Below, piece after piece: positions 18,354 through 28,553 of a stretch of 64,000 nucleotides of DNA. Numbering within the stretch: position 1 is the first letter of the stretch; each line of letters begins with the position of its first letter. The notes beneath the pieces are model-generated. The model searched no databases, was not told the DNA's origin, and was given only the letters and a program-made list of their open reading frames with translations. The DNA is from an uncultured Acidimicrobiaceae bacterium (lineage in GTDB: Bacteria; Actinomycetota; Acidimicrobiia; Acidimicrobiales; RAAP-2), in contig CAWDCE010000022.1 in NCBI GenBank assembly GCA_963800725.1, forward strand, positions 118,575 to 182,574, written 5' to 3'. The translations under genes were made by a program, and so were the position numbers.

Positions 18354-20806
18354 CGACGACGCGAACGCCCACGGGGCGGGCGATTCCCACCACCGCGGCT
18401 CTCGCCTTCGACCGCACCGGGGCCCAGATCACCGAGATCGGCCACCAGTTCGGCTTCGAATGCGTCCTCGAACGACGGTGCGGCGGTGCTGTTCGCTGCG
18501 CCGCCGTTTCCGCCGCCACCGTTCCCGCCACCACTGCTCGCTCCCCCACTGCTCGAGCCGGCCGACTGCTCGCGGCGGGGAACTCCGCCGCCGTTGTCGG
18601 CGGCGCCAGCACCCTCGGGCACCGAGGCCAGGGACAAGGAAACCTTGCCCTGAGGGTCGATGTCATCGACGCGGACCTCGATGGGCTGTCCGAGCGTCAA
18701 GACGTCTTCGACGTTGTTGATCCGCTTGCCACCGGCCAGCGGCGAGAGCTTCGAGATGTGCAACAGGCCGTCGCGTCCAGGCAGGACGTTGACGAAGGCA
18801 CCGAACTTGGTGATGTTGACCACCTTGCCGGGGTAGACCGCACCGACGTCGGCGGTCGGGGGATCGAGGATCAAGGAGATCCGACGACGGGCCTCTTCGA
18901 CCGCGTTGCCGTCCTTGGCCCCAATGGTGACCGTTCCGATCATGCCGTCGTCATCGACCGCGATGTCCGCACCGGTTTCCTGCTGGAGGGTGTTGATGAC
19001 CTTGCCCTTGGGCCCGATGACTTCACCGATCTTGTCGATCGGGATCTCCATCGACACGATCTTCGGGGCGCTGTTGGCCACGTGGTCACGCGGCTCGCTG
19101 ATGGCCGCGGCCATGACCGAGAGGATGGCCAGGCGGGCCTCTTTGGCTTGTAGGAGCGCCTTGGCCAACACGTCTGCGGGCAGGCCCGCGATCTTGGTGT
19201 CGAGCTGCAATGCGGTCACCGCCTCAGCCGTGCCGGCGACCTTGAAGTCCATGTCGCCAAAGGCGTCCTCGGATCCCAAGATGTCCGTCAGGGTCACATA
19301 GGCGCCATCTTCATGGATGAGTCCCATGGCAATGCCGGCGACCGGCGCCTTGAGCGGCACCCCCGCCGCCATGAGGGAGAGCGTCGAACCGCACACCGAG
19401 GCCATGGACGTCGAACCGTTCGACGCCAAGACGTCGGAAACGAGGCGCAGGGTGTAGGGGAACTCTTCGGCACTCGGCACCACCGGCAGTAGGGCGCGCT
19501 CGGCCAGGAGGCCGTGACCGATCTCCCGGCGCTTGGGTCCGCGGATGAATCCGGTCTCCCCCGTCGAAAACGGCGGGAAGTTGTAATGGTGCATGTAGCG
19601 CTTGGAATCGACGGGCGTGATGGTGTCGAGCAGCTGATTCATGCGTGGCATGCCGAGGGTCGTGACATTGAGCACCTGGGTCTCGCCCCGCTGGAACAAC
19701 GCCGAACCATGGGCGGTCGGGAAGAGGTCGATCTCGGCGGAGAGCGGCCGGATGTCGGCCGTGCCCCGGCCGTCCATGCGCAAGCCGTCTTCGATGATCC
19801 GTTGGCGCACCAGCTTCTTGGTCAGCGAACGGATGGCCGCCTTGACCTCGCCGCCCCGGTCGGCGAACTCGTCCCCGAGCGCAGCCTTGATCTCCTCGCC
19901 GGCGGCATCGAGGGCGGCGTTGCGCGCCGCCTTGGCCGTGACCGTGTTGGCCTTGGCGATCGATGCGGTGCCGACCCGCTCCACCGCGGCCCACACGTCG
20001 TCGGCATAGTCGCTTTGTGTGGCGAATTCCATTGTGTCGATCGGACCTCGCGCCGCGATGAAGTCGGCCACCAGTTGGCGCTGCAGCAAGATCGATTCGC
20101 GGATCCAGGTCTTCGACGCCTCGAGCCCCTCGGCCAGTACCTCTTCGGTGACCTTTGGTGCACCGTCTTCGTAATAGGACCAAGAGCGCTCGGTCCCGCC
20201 GGCTTCGACCATCATGATGGCGATGTCGGTATCATCGGTCTCGCTCAGCGCGCGCCCGGCGACGACCAGTTCGAAGGTGGCGGCCTCGCCCTCTTCGAAT
20301 GTCGGGTGCGGAATCCAGGTGCCATCGACGGTGTAGGCGACACGCACCGCACCGATCGGGCCGTCAAAGGGGATGCCCGAGAGCATCAAGGCGGCCGAGC
20401 TGGCGTTGATGGCCAGCACGTCGTGCGGGTTGATCTGGTCGGCCCCAAAGATCGTGCCGACGATGTGGACTTCGTTGCGGAAGCCCTTGGGGAAGGACGG
20501 GCGCAGCGGTCGGTCGATGAGACGACAGGTCAAGATGGCCTGGTCCGAGCTTTTGCCCTCCCGGCGGAAGAACGACCCGGGGATCTTGCCCGCGGCGTAG
20601 GTCCGCTCCTCGATGTCGACGGTGAGGGGGAAGAAGTCAGTGCCCTCGCGTACAGATCGGGCGGCGGTGGCCGTAGCCAACAAGACGGTGTCGCCGATGC
20701 GGGCGAGTACGGCGCCGTCGGCCAGCTGGGCCAACTTTCCCGACTCGAACGTCAGCGTGCGGTCGGTGCCACTGATTGGGCCCGACACGGAAATGGCGTC
20801 AGCCAT
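18350..20806 (-). CDS. pnp: polyribonucleotide nucleotidyltransferase (PNPase) with an extended Gly/Arg-rich C-terminal tail
   Basis: 818-aa intact ORF with two RNase PH domains (FFRREG, NGSTSMASVCG), KH and S1 domains, followed by about 90 extra residues. Confidence 0.95.
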   Translation of the reverse strand: MADAISVSGPISGTDRTLTFESGKLAQLADGAVLARIGDTVLLATATAARSVREGTDFFPLTVDIEERTYAAGKIPGSFFRREGKSSDQAILTCRLIDRPLRPSFPKGFRNEVHIVGTIFGADQINPHDVLAINASSAALMLSGIPFDGPIGAVRVAYTVDGTWIPHPTFEEGEAATFELVVAGRALSETDDTDIAIMMVEAGGTERSWSYYEDGAPKVTEEVLAEGLEASKTWIRESILLQRQLVADFIAARGPIDTMEFATQSDYADDVWAAVERVGTASIAKANTVTAKAARNAALDAAGEEIKAALGDEFADRGGEVKAAIRSLTKKLVRQRIIEDGLRMDGRGTADIRPLSAEIDLFPTAHGSALFQRGETQVLNVTTLGMPRMNQLLDTITPVDSKRYMHHYNFPPFSTGETGFIRGPKRREIGHGLLAERALLPVVPSAEEFPYTLRLVSDVLASNGSTSMASVCGSTLSLMAAGVPLKAPVAGIAMGLIHEDGAYVTLTDILGSEDAFGDMDFKVAGTAEAVTALQLDTKIAGLPADVLAKALLQAKEARLAILSVMAAAISEPRDHVANSAPKIVSMEIPIDKIGEVIGPKGKVINTLQQETGADIAVDDDGMIGTVTIGAKDGNAVEEARRRISLILDPPTADVGAVYPGKVVNITKFGAFVNVLPGRDGLLHISKLSPLAGGKRINNVEDVLTLGQPIEVRVDDIDPQGKVSLSLASVPEGAGAADNGGGVPRREQSAGSSSGGASSGGGNGGGGNGGAANSTAAPSFEDAFEAELVADLGDLGPGAVEGESRGGGNRPPRGRSRRR

Positions 20807-20852
20807 GATGCTCCTCGTGTGGTGTTTAGGGGCATCTCGTGGCCGGTTCCCA

Positions 20853-20912
20853 GTGGTCGACCACCTCCCTTGTGGAAGTGACCGGCGACTGGCAGCCAGC
20901 GTCTTAAGACGC
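20853..20912 (-). promoter_or_regulatory. rpsO-pnp intercistronic leader with two palindromic stem-loops
   Basis: GTGGTCGACCAC (20853-20864) and GCGTCTTAAGACGC (20899-20912) lie in the 120-nt spacer between the rpsO stop and the pnp start. Confidence 0.35.
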
Positions 20913-20926
20913 CCGGATGTGTTTGG

Positions 20927-21184
20927 CTATCGTCGAATGCCGAGACGGCCGATGATGCTGCGATAGCGCTCTACGTCGTTCTTGCGGACGTAGTCGAGCA
21001 ACCGCCGACGTTGACCGATGAGCTTCATCAGGCCGCGCCGGGTGTGGTGGTCCCCTTTGTGCTCCTTGAGATGCTCGGTGAGATGGTTGATCCGTCCTGA
21101 CAACAGAGCGATCTGCACTTCAGGAGACGCGGTGTCGGTCTCGTGGAGCCGGTACTCGGCAATAGTGGCCTGTGTGTCGGGCAT
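20927..21184 (-). CDS. rpsO: 30S ribosomal protein S15
   Basis: 85-aa ORF containing [33 protein letters not shown]...[13 protein letters not shown]. Confidence 0.95.
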   Translation of the reverse strand: MPDTQATIAEYRLHETDTASPEVQIALLSGRINHLTEHLKEHKGDHHTRRGLMKLIGQRRRLLDYVRKNDVERYRSIIGRLGIRR

Positions 21185-21266
21185 GAAAAGAAGAACCTCA
21201 AAGCATTCGTAGGAGTGCGGCGGGGACCAGCCCCAACCGGCAAATATGCTAGCAGGTGGCTACCGA

Positions 21267-22190
21267 TCAGCTGGGATCGGCGCTGAGCAGGGCGTCTGCG
21301 TCCGCCACGTCCCGGGCCATCTGGGCCTTGAGGGCCTCAATCGAGTCGAACTTTCGCTCGTCGCGCAGCCGCTTGACGAACGCCACCCGCCCCGGCTCGC
21401 CGTAGAGGTCCCCCGCGAAGTCGAGCAGAAAGGCCTCCACCAGGACCGACGCCGTGGACGGGTCATAAAAGGTGGGCCGGCGACCCACCGAGATGGCCGC
21501 TTTGTGGCGCACCCCTTCGGGCCGTAGGTAGTAGCCGGCGTAGATCCCGTCGGCCGGGTGCGCAATTTCGGTCGAGACCTCGACATTGGCCGTCGGGAAG
21601 CCCAGCTCGGGACCGCCGCGACCATCTCCGTGGACCACCGGGCCCCGCACCTCGTGGGGGCGCCCCAACAGGACCGCTGCCCCCTCTACGTCCCCCGCTG
21701 CCACCAAGGAGCGGATGCGTGTCGAGCTGACCGGGGCGGCGTCCTCGCCGGTGAGCTCGACACCGACCACGCTGAAGCCGTCGCGTACACCGAGTTCGCG
21801 CAGCAACGCGACGTTGCCCTTGCGCCCGTGACCGAAGTGGAAGTCCTGGCCGACCACGACCAACTTGGCGCCGAGTTCGTCGACCAGCACCTCGTCGACG
21901 AACTCCTCGGCCGACTCGTCGGCCCGGGACCGGTCAAAGGGGATGACCATGGTTCGCTCAATTCCACAGCTGGCGAGAAGTTCGAGCTTTTGGTCGAGGT
22001 CGGTGAGCAGTGCGGGCGCGGACTCGGGCCGCACCACACTGGCCGGATGGCGGTCGAAGGTGACCACGACCGGGGAGAGGTGCTCTGCCCTGGCCCGGGC
22101 CACCAGATCGCCCAGGAGGGCGCGGTGCCCGAGGTGGACGCCGTCGTAGGCGCCAATGGTCACCGCGGTCCCGGACATCGCGCTCGACAT
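21267..22190 (-). CDS. ribF: bifunctional riboflavin kinase / FMN adenylyltransferase
   Basis: Contains GAYDGVHLGHRAL, a kinase half with GFPTANV, and RPTFY. Confidence 0.9.
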   Translation of the reverse strand: MSSAMSGTAVTIGAYDGVHLGHRALLGDLVARARAEHLSPVVVTFDRHPASVVRPESAPALLTDLDQKLELLASCGIERTMVIPFDRSRADESAEEFVDEVLVDELGAKLVVVGQDFHFGHGRKGNVALLRELGVRDGFSVVGVELTGEDAAPVSSTRIRSLVAAGDVEGAAVLLGRPHEVRGPVVHGDGRGGPELGFPTANVEVSTEIAHPADGIYAGYYLRPEGVRHKAAISVGRRPTFYDPSTASVLVEAFLLDFAGDLYGEPGRVAFVKRLRDERKFDSIEALKAQMARDVADADALLSADPS

Positions 22191-22196
22191 TAGACG

Positions 22197-23072
22197 TCAG
22201 TTACCAACGAGTACGACAGCCGGCTTGATCCGGTCCGTGCCGGTGGCCTCGTAGACGGCCAACAAGGTGCCCCGATCGTCGATCATGGCCCACGGCCCAT
22301 CGCCCACGGCACCGACGGGCACCCGATCGAGCGCAAGCCCGTGTGCGACGGCGCTGGCGAACTCGGCGCCGACGGCGACGAAGTCGAGGTCGCGCATGGC
22401 CTGGGCCGGCGTCAAGATGGCATCGTGGTCGATCCGGTCGAGCGGACGCATCTCTGCTGCACCGAACGAACCAATCCGCGTGCGCCGCAACGACCCGATG
22501 TGGGCTCCCCCGCCGAGGGCCCGGCCGAGATCGTCGGCCAAGGTGCGGATGTAGGTGCCCGAGGAGCACTCGACGACGCAGCGGTAGACACCGGGCCGCT
22601 GCGCATCGGGCTCGGTGTCGAAGCGATAGACGTTGACGGTGCGCGCGGGACGTTCGACTTCGATGCCCTGGCGGGCCAACTCATGGAGGCGGCGCCCGTC
22701 GATCTTGATGGCCGAGACCATTGGGGGGACCTGCTCGATCGTGCCGGTGAGGACCGCCGCCGCCTGCGCCACCTCGTCGGCGGTGACGCCGGCCATGTCC
22801 CACTGCCCGGTCACCTCGCCCGAAGCGTCGAGCGTCGAGGTGGCGGTGCCGAGCATAATGTCGGCTTCGTAGGTCTTCTTCAACGCGGTCAAGAAGCGCA
22901 ACAGTCGGGTGGCCCGACCAAGTCCGACCAACAAGACGCCGGTGGCATCGGGGTCGAGGGTGCCGGCATGGCCGACCCGGCGCTGCCCGAAGACCCGCCG
23001 GCATCGAGCCACCACGTCGTGGGACGTCCACCCCGCCTCCTTGTCGATCACCACCAGCCCGGTGGCCGTCAC
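22197..23072 (-). CDS. truB: tRNA pseudouridine(55) synthase
   Basis: Catalytic-Asp motif GHAGTLDPDATGVLLVGLG. 291 aa. Confidence 0.9.
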   Translation of the reverse strand: MTATGLVVIDKEAGWTSHDVVARCRRVFGQRRVGHAGTLDPDATGVLLVGLGRATRLLRFLTALKKTYEADIMLGTATSTLDASGEVTGQWDMAGVTADEVAQAAAVLTGTIEQVPPMVSAIKIDGRRLHELARQGIEVERPARTVNVYRFDTEPDAQRPGVYRCVVECSSGTYIRTLADDLGRALGGGAHIGSLRRTRIGSFGAAEMRPLDRIDHDAILTPAQAMRDLDFVAVGAEFASAVAHGLALDRVPVGAVGDGPWAMIDDRGTLLAVYEATGTDRIKPAVVLVGN

Positions 23073-23092
23073 GTCGGCACCGTCCTAGCGAC

Positions 23093-23482
23093 TCACTGAT
23101 CGTCGGCGTCGATCCCGCCCGCCGAATCTGACTCGGTGACCGGGTCGAGACCGCGCAAGAGTTCTTCTACCCGATTGCCCGCCACGATGGCCGGATCCGC
23201 TTTGAAGGTCAACCGGGGCGTGCGCTTCAGGCTCACCTGCATCGAGATGGAACGCTGCAAGTGGGGGCGTCGCTCCTCGAGCGCTTCGGCTGCATCGTCG
23301 CTGAGCGACACGACATAGACCGTCGCGGTGCGCATGTCAGACGCGGTGTCGACCGACGTCACGGTCACCATGCGGAAGCGTTCGTCGGCATCGGCCAGGC
23401 GCTCGAGCTCTTCGGCCACGACTTGTCGCAGCACCTGGTTGACCCGCAACGATCGCGGATAGGTCGCGGTCCGCCGTTTCAT
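23093..23482 (-). CDS. rbfA: ribosome-binding factor A
   Basis: Conserved part starts at MKRRTATYPRSLRVNQVLRQVVAEELERL (ATG 23482). The track ORF 23093..23608 extends into infB. Confidence 0.85.
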   Translation of the reverse strand: MKRRTATYPRSLRVNQVLRQVVAEELERLADADERFRMVTVTSVDTASDMRTATVYVVSLSDDAAEALEERRPHLQRSISMQVSLKRTPRLTFKADPAIVAGNRVEELLRGLDPVTESDSAGGIDADDQ

Positions 23483-23489
23483 GCCGCGG

Positions 23490-26364
23490 TCACGTTCTTG
23501 GGATCTCGCGCTCCTCGTACGTTTCGATGATGTCGCCAGCGTGCAAGTCCTGGAAGTCCGACAGGCCAATCCCGCACTCGAAGCCTGCCTGCACCTCTCT
23601 GGCGTCATCTTTGAAACGACGGAGCGAGTTGATGGCGCCCTTCCAGATCACTGTGCCCTCGCGCAAGAAGCGAACCTTGGAGCCTCGTGTGATCTTTCCT
23701 TCTCGCACCATGCAGCCGGCGATCGCCCCGACCCGCGGCACCCGGAAGATCTCCCGCACCTCGGCTTCTCCGGTGACCACTTCCTCATAGACCGGCGACA
23801 ACAGGCCGAGCATGGCGGCTTCGATGTCTTCGAGCAGCTTGTAGATGATCTCGTAGTTTCGGACTTCGACGTCGGAATTCTCGGCCAACTCTCGGGCCCG
23901 CTTGTCCGGGCGGACGTTGAATCCAATGATCGTCGCACTCGACGCTGCGGCCAGTTGCACATCGTTCTCGGTGATGCCACCGATCCCGCGCAACACGAAG
24001 CTCAACTTGACGTCGTCGCGCTCGAGGCGCTTGAGGCTCTCGGTGACCGCTTCGAGCGAACCCTGCACGTCGGCCTTGAGCACGATGTTCAGCGTTGCCG
24101 TCTCGCCCCGCTGGATCTGTTCGAACAGGTCCTCGAGCTTGGCCCCCGTGGCCGCCGACGCCACTGGTTTGTGGCCCGAGAGCCGGAAACGCTGCGCCCT
24201 GGCCTCACCGAGCGTGCGAGCACGTGCCAGATCTTTGGCCCCGCGCATCTCGTCGCCGGCATGGGGGGGTTCGGAGAATCCGAGTACCTGCACCGGCGTC
24301 GAAGGAAGTGCCTCTTTGATGTGATCGCCCATGTCGTCGACCAGGGCCTTGACCTTGCCCCACGCGGCACCGGCGACGACCGGATCACCAACGCGCAAGG
24401 TTCCTTGTTGGACAATGATGGTGGCCACCGGGCCACGGCCGGCTTCGAGGTTGGCCTCGAGCACCACGCCACGGGCCTCACCTTCGACCCACGCGGTCAG
24501 TTCTTCGACTTCTGCGACCAGGGTGATCTGCTCGAGCAACTCTTCAATGCCGGTGCGCTGCAGCGCCGAAACCTCGACCACGATGGTGTCGCCGCCCCAG
24601 GCTTCTGGGACCAGGCCGCGCTCTGAGAGCTGCTGGAGCACGTGGGCCGAGTCGGCGTCGGGGCGATCCATCTTGTTGACCGCAACGATGATCGGGACTT
24701 CGGCCGCCTGGGCATGATCGATGGCCTCGATGGTCTGGGGCATCACCCCGTCATCGGCGGCGACGACGAGTACGACGATGTGGGTCGCGTTGGCACCCGC
24801 GCACGCATGGCCGTGAAGGCGGCGTGACCGGGGGTGTCGATAAAGGTGATCCGCTTGTCATTCCAGACCACCTGATACGCACCGATGTGCTGGGTGATCC
24901 CACCGGCCTCGCCGGCCACCACGTCGGTCGAGCGGATTCGGTCCAACAACAACGTCTTGCCGTGGTCGACGTGGCCCATCACCGTGACGACCGGCGGGCG
25001 CGGCCGCTGGTCGGCGTCGTCTTCTTCTTCTTCCTCTTCGAAATAGCGGGCCAGGAGTTCGGCCTCTTGCTCCTCACCGGGATCGACCAGGCGCACCTCG
25101 GCGCCGATCTCGGCCGCGAAGAGTTCGATCATGTCGTCGCTCAGCGACTGGGTGGCCATCACCATCTCGCCTTGAAGCAGGAGAAAGCGCACGATGTCGC
25201 CGGCACTGCGGTTCAGCTTCGGCCCGAGGTCGCGCACGGTGGAGCCTCGCTCGACGATGACTTCGCCTTCTGGGACCGGCGCGGTGGAGGGCTGGTACGT
25301 GGTGAGTTGCGTGGGCTCGAGTTCTTCGAGATTGCGGCGACGTCGCCGGGCGCGTCGTTGCGGCGGACGTCGACCCGGGATACCACCGCGGCCTCCGGCC
25401 GGCGGCAGCGCCACCGGGACCACCACCGGGGCGCCGGCGAAGCCGCCGCCGCCGCCACCGCTTGGGCGGCTACCAAAACTGCTGGACCCGGACCTCCTGG
25501 ACCGCCGGTCGGGCGTCCCCCCCCTGAGGTGGGTCGGCCACCGGTCCGCGCCGGGTAGCCACCGCCGCCGGGTCGACCGGCGGGTGGGGAGGGACGACGA
25601 CCACCCATGCCCGGAGGCGGCGGGATCGGCCGGCCACTCGGTCCCACGGGGGGTCGGGGCGGGGGTGGGGGCGGCACGGGCTTGCCGCTCGGGCTGAGAG
25701 GAGGGTGTGGCGGACGCTCGTCGGGGGCGCCGGGGGTGCACCTGCTTCGGGGGCTGCGGTCGTCGGGGCCGTGGACGGGGCACTCGCCGCAGGCGCGCGC
25801 GGGGTCGACGCCGGTGCGGGCGGCGCACCAGCTGCGGCCGGCGCGACACCCGGATCGGTGCTCGCTGGAACCGGTGTTCGCGGTGGGGCCACGGTCTTTG
25901 CGGGAGCGGGCGCAACCTTGGCGGCCTCGGTGGCCGGCGCCGGCGGGGCAGACGGGGCGGGGCGCTTGACGGCCGGCTGGGCCGGGCGGGCGGCGGGGGG
26001 TGCGGTGGTCGTTCGGGCCGGCGGGGCTGTCGGCGTCGTCGATCGACTCGAGATCAAGCGTGGGTCACGGGGCTTGTCCGCGACCCGCTCTGTGGCCGAG
26101 GCCCCATCGGCCGTGGTGGCCTTCTTGGCCGCCGCTGTCTTCTTGGCGGCGGTCTTCTTGGCGGCCGGGGGCTCTTCGGGCTGAACCGCGCGGCGCAGGC
26201 CCTCGGCGTCGGCCTTGCGACGGACGCGGTCCGCTTGGGCGTCCTCAATGGACGACGAGTGGCTCTTGACCCCAATTCCAAGAGAGAGGGCCAGGTCAAG
26301 CCCTTCTTTGTTGCTGAGGCCTAGCTCTTTGGCCAGCTCATCAGACGCGGATCTTCTTCGGCAA
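23490..26364 (-). CDS. infB: translation initiation factor IF-2; about four frame breaks as sequenced
   Basis: N-terminus (M)PKKIRV|[44 protein letters not shown] from TTG 26364. An Ala/Pro/Lys-rich then Gly/Arg-rich linker is spread over three frames. G domain [13 protein letters not shown]...[14 protein letters not shown]|GANATHIVV...[11 protein letters not shown]...NKMD follows. Track ORFs are 25470..26057, 25213..25677, 24743..25915 and 23490..24746. Confidence 0.9.
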
Positions 26365-26417
26365 GTGGTTCTCGGTGTCCTTCGTAGTCTGGGGCTCGGG
26401 GTGCGACCCGAAGCCCT

Positions 26418-26720
26418 CTATCCTCGCACATCATGTGTGGGCTGCTCCGACGCGCCGCCCAGGGTCCTCTCGAGTGCGGAGATCGCCCGCTCGCTGATCG
26501 GGCACCTGAACGCCCGATCGAAGGCATGTCGCCGCACTGCTGCTTTGAGGCAGTCCGGCGAATCTGCGCACAACCAGGCCCCTCGACCCTGGCTGGAGGC
26601 AACGACCGCCAAGCCGTCCTCGCCATGCCGCACTATCCGGATCATCTCGCCGGCTGGCAGGGCCTTGCGGCAACCGACGCACGTCCGTGTCGGTCCTATG
26701 CCTCGGCCTCTTCGGGTCAC
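26418..26720 (-). CDS. ylxR: YlxR/DUF448 family RNA-binding protein
   Basis: RTCVGCRK...GRGAWLC...AFR signature. The GTG start overlaps the nusA stop (GTGA). This is the C-terminal 100 codons of track ORF 26418..27119. Confidence 0.75.
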   Translation of the reverse strand: MTRRGRGIGPTRTCVGCRKALPAGEMIRIVRHGEDGLAVVASSQGRGAWLCADSPDCLKAAVRRHAFDRAFRCPISERAISALERTLGGASEQPTHDVRG

Positions 26721-27934
26721 GGACCACTCGACTCGTCGACGGCCTCGGCTGGGGAGTCCGTGGTGGCGACCGGCGAATCGGTGGTGACGGGTCCATCGGT
26801 CGAGGCATCGTCGCCCGGGCCGTCCTCGGCCTGATGGGTCCACTCCTCTGCCGACATGGCCTCGCCGCCCTCGGCCGGCTTCCAGACCATCTCGCCGTTC
26901 TCGTCTTCGACCCACTCCCCTTCGGCCCACTCCTCGTTGGCGTATCCGGCCTCTTCCTCGGCCAGTTGGGTCTCGCTCTTGATGTCGATGCGCCACCCGG
27001 TCAGGCGCAGCGGCGAGGCGGGCGTTCTGCCCTTCCTTGCCAATGGCCAAGGACAGTTGGAAGTCGCTCACGACCACCGTTGCGGTTCCGGTCTCCTCGT
27101 CGAGCCGGACCTCGCGCACCGCGCCGGGGCCAGTGCGTTTTGGATCAGGTCGACCGGGTCGTCGGAGAACGGGACGACATCGACGCGCTCACCACGCAAC
27201 TCGTTGGTGACCATGCGCACCCTCGAGCCGCGCGCCCCGACACATGCCCCCACCGGGTCCACGTTCGGATCGTTGGACCACACCGCGATCTTGGTGCGGT
27301 GCCCGGGTTCGCGAGCGGCCGCCTTGATCTCGACGACGCCCGAGGAGATCTCGGGTACCTCAAGCTCGAAGAGGCGCTTGATGAGGCCCGGGTGGGTGCG
27401 GCTGACCACGATCTGTGGGCCCTTGGTCGTCTTTCTCACCTCGACGATGTAGGCCTTGAGCCGGGTGCCGTGCTCGTAGCGCTCATAGGAGACCTGCTCG
27501 GCCTGGGGCAGCAGGGCTTCGACCTTGCCCAGGTCCAAGAGGGTGTAGCGGTTGTCGGTCTGTTGGACGATGCCCGTGACGATGTCGCCCTCCCGTCCGG
27601 CGTACTCGTCGTATTTCATGTCCCGCTCGACCTCGCGGATCCGCTGCAGGATCACCTGCTTGGCCGTCTGTGCGGCGATACGACCGAAGTCATCGGGGGT
27701 GTCGTCCCACTCGCGAATGACCTCGCCGTCCTCGTCGAGTTCTTGGCCGTCGACGCGGATCTCCCCCGAGTCCGGGTCGATGGTCACGACGGCTTCTTCG
27801 GCTGCATCGGGACGACGCTTGTACGCGGCCACGAGGGCGTTCGCCAGGGCGTCGAGCAATGTTTCGACAGAAATTCCTTTGTCGCGCGCGATCTGTCCCA
27901 GCACGTCGAGGAACTCAAAGTTGGTCTTGCTCAT
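26717..27934 (-). CDS. nusA: transcription termination/antitermination factor NusA; two frame breaks as sequenced
   Basis: Track ORF 27068..27934 holds the N-terminal, S1 and KH1 domains ([11 protein letters not shown]). Then comes |[37 protein letters not shown]| in a second frame, and [12 protein letters not shown] plus an acidic tail in 26717..27043. Breaks fall near 27120 and 27008. Confidence 0.9.
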
Positions 27935-27941
27935 GACCTGT

Positions 27942-28421
27942 TCACCCTCTCACTTTCTTCGGCTGCGGACCCCACACAAATACGGTGCGGGCCCGCTCGA
28001 TCTCGTCATAGGGCACCTGCAGCGATCCCCCGGGCACGTCGGGTCCCCCCAACGTGCACCCGTGGGCGTCTGCGCTCTCCAACGTGCCGCTCACCCGTCG
28101 CACTTCGTCGGTGCCCGAGTTGATGCGCAAGGTGACGCTCTCGCCTTGCGCGCGCATGAAATGCTCGGGCGTGCGGAGTCGCCGTTCGAGTCCCGGACTC
28201 GAGACGGTCAAGGTGTAGCGACCCGGAATCGGGTCGATCTCGTCGAGGGCCGCGGAGACGGCCTTGGTGGCCTCGCTCAACGCCTCGAGGTCGACGCCGC
28301 CGACTCGGTCGACGAACACCTCGAGTTCTGAGCCTCGCAGGACCAGATCAACCAGGTCGAGGCCGCGGGCTTCGAGGAGTGGGGACAGCGCGTTCGTGAG
28401 GTCGTTACTGCTCTGCACCAT
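27942..28421 (-). CDS. rimP: ribosome maturation factor RimP
   Basis: MVQSSNDLTNALSPLLEARGLDLVDLV...YTLTVSSPGLERRL. ATG at 28421 is preceded by GAAAGGAGG. Confidence 0.85.
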   Translation of the reverse strand: MVQSSNDLTNALSPLLEARGLDLVDLVLRGSELEVFVDRVGGVDLEALSEATKAVSAALDEIDPIPGRYTLTVSSPGLERRLRTPEHFMRAQGESVTLRINSGTDEVRRVSGTLESADAHGCTLGGPDVPGGSLQVPYDEIERARTVFVWGPQPKKVRG

Positions 28422-28481
28422 CGCTGTCACCTCCTTTCTTTCGAAACCACCACCTTCTGCCGCACTTGGTGCGAGTCCCCC

Positions 28482-28514
28482 GGAAAACGAAAGCGTGGGC
28501 CGCAGCCCACGCTT
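28482..28514 (-). terminator. rho-independent terminator downstream of proS
   Basis: On the minus strand, AAGCGTGGGC-TGCG-GCCCACGCTT (10-bp perfect stem) is followed by TCGTTTTCC. It sits 40 nt after the proS TAA in a locally AT-rich spacer. Confidence 0.6.
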
Positions 28515-28553
28515 CACCGAGGTACTGATTCTCAATCTGGACAGCTCAAAAGA

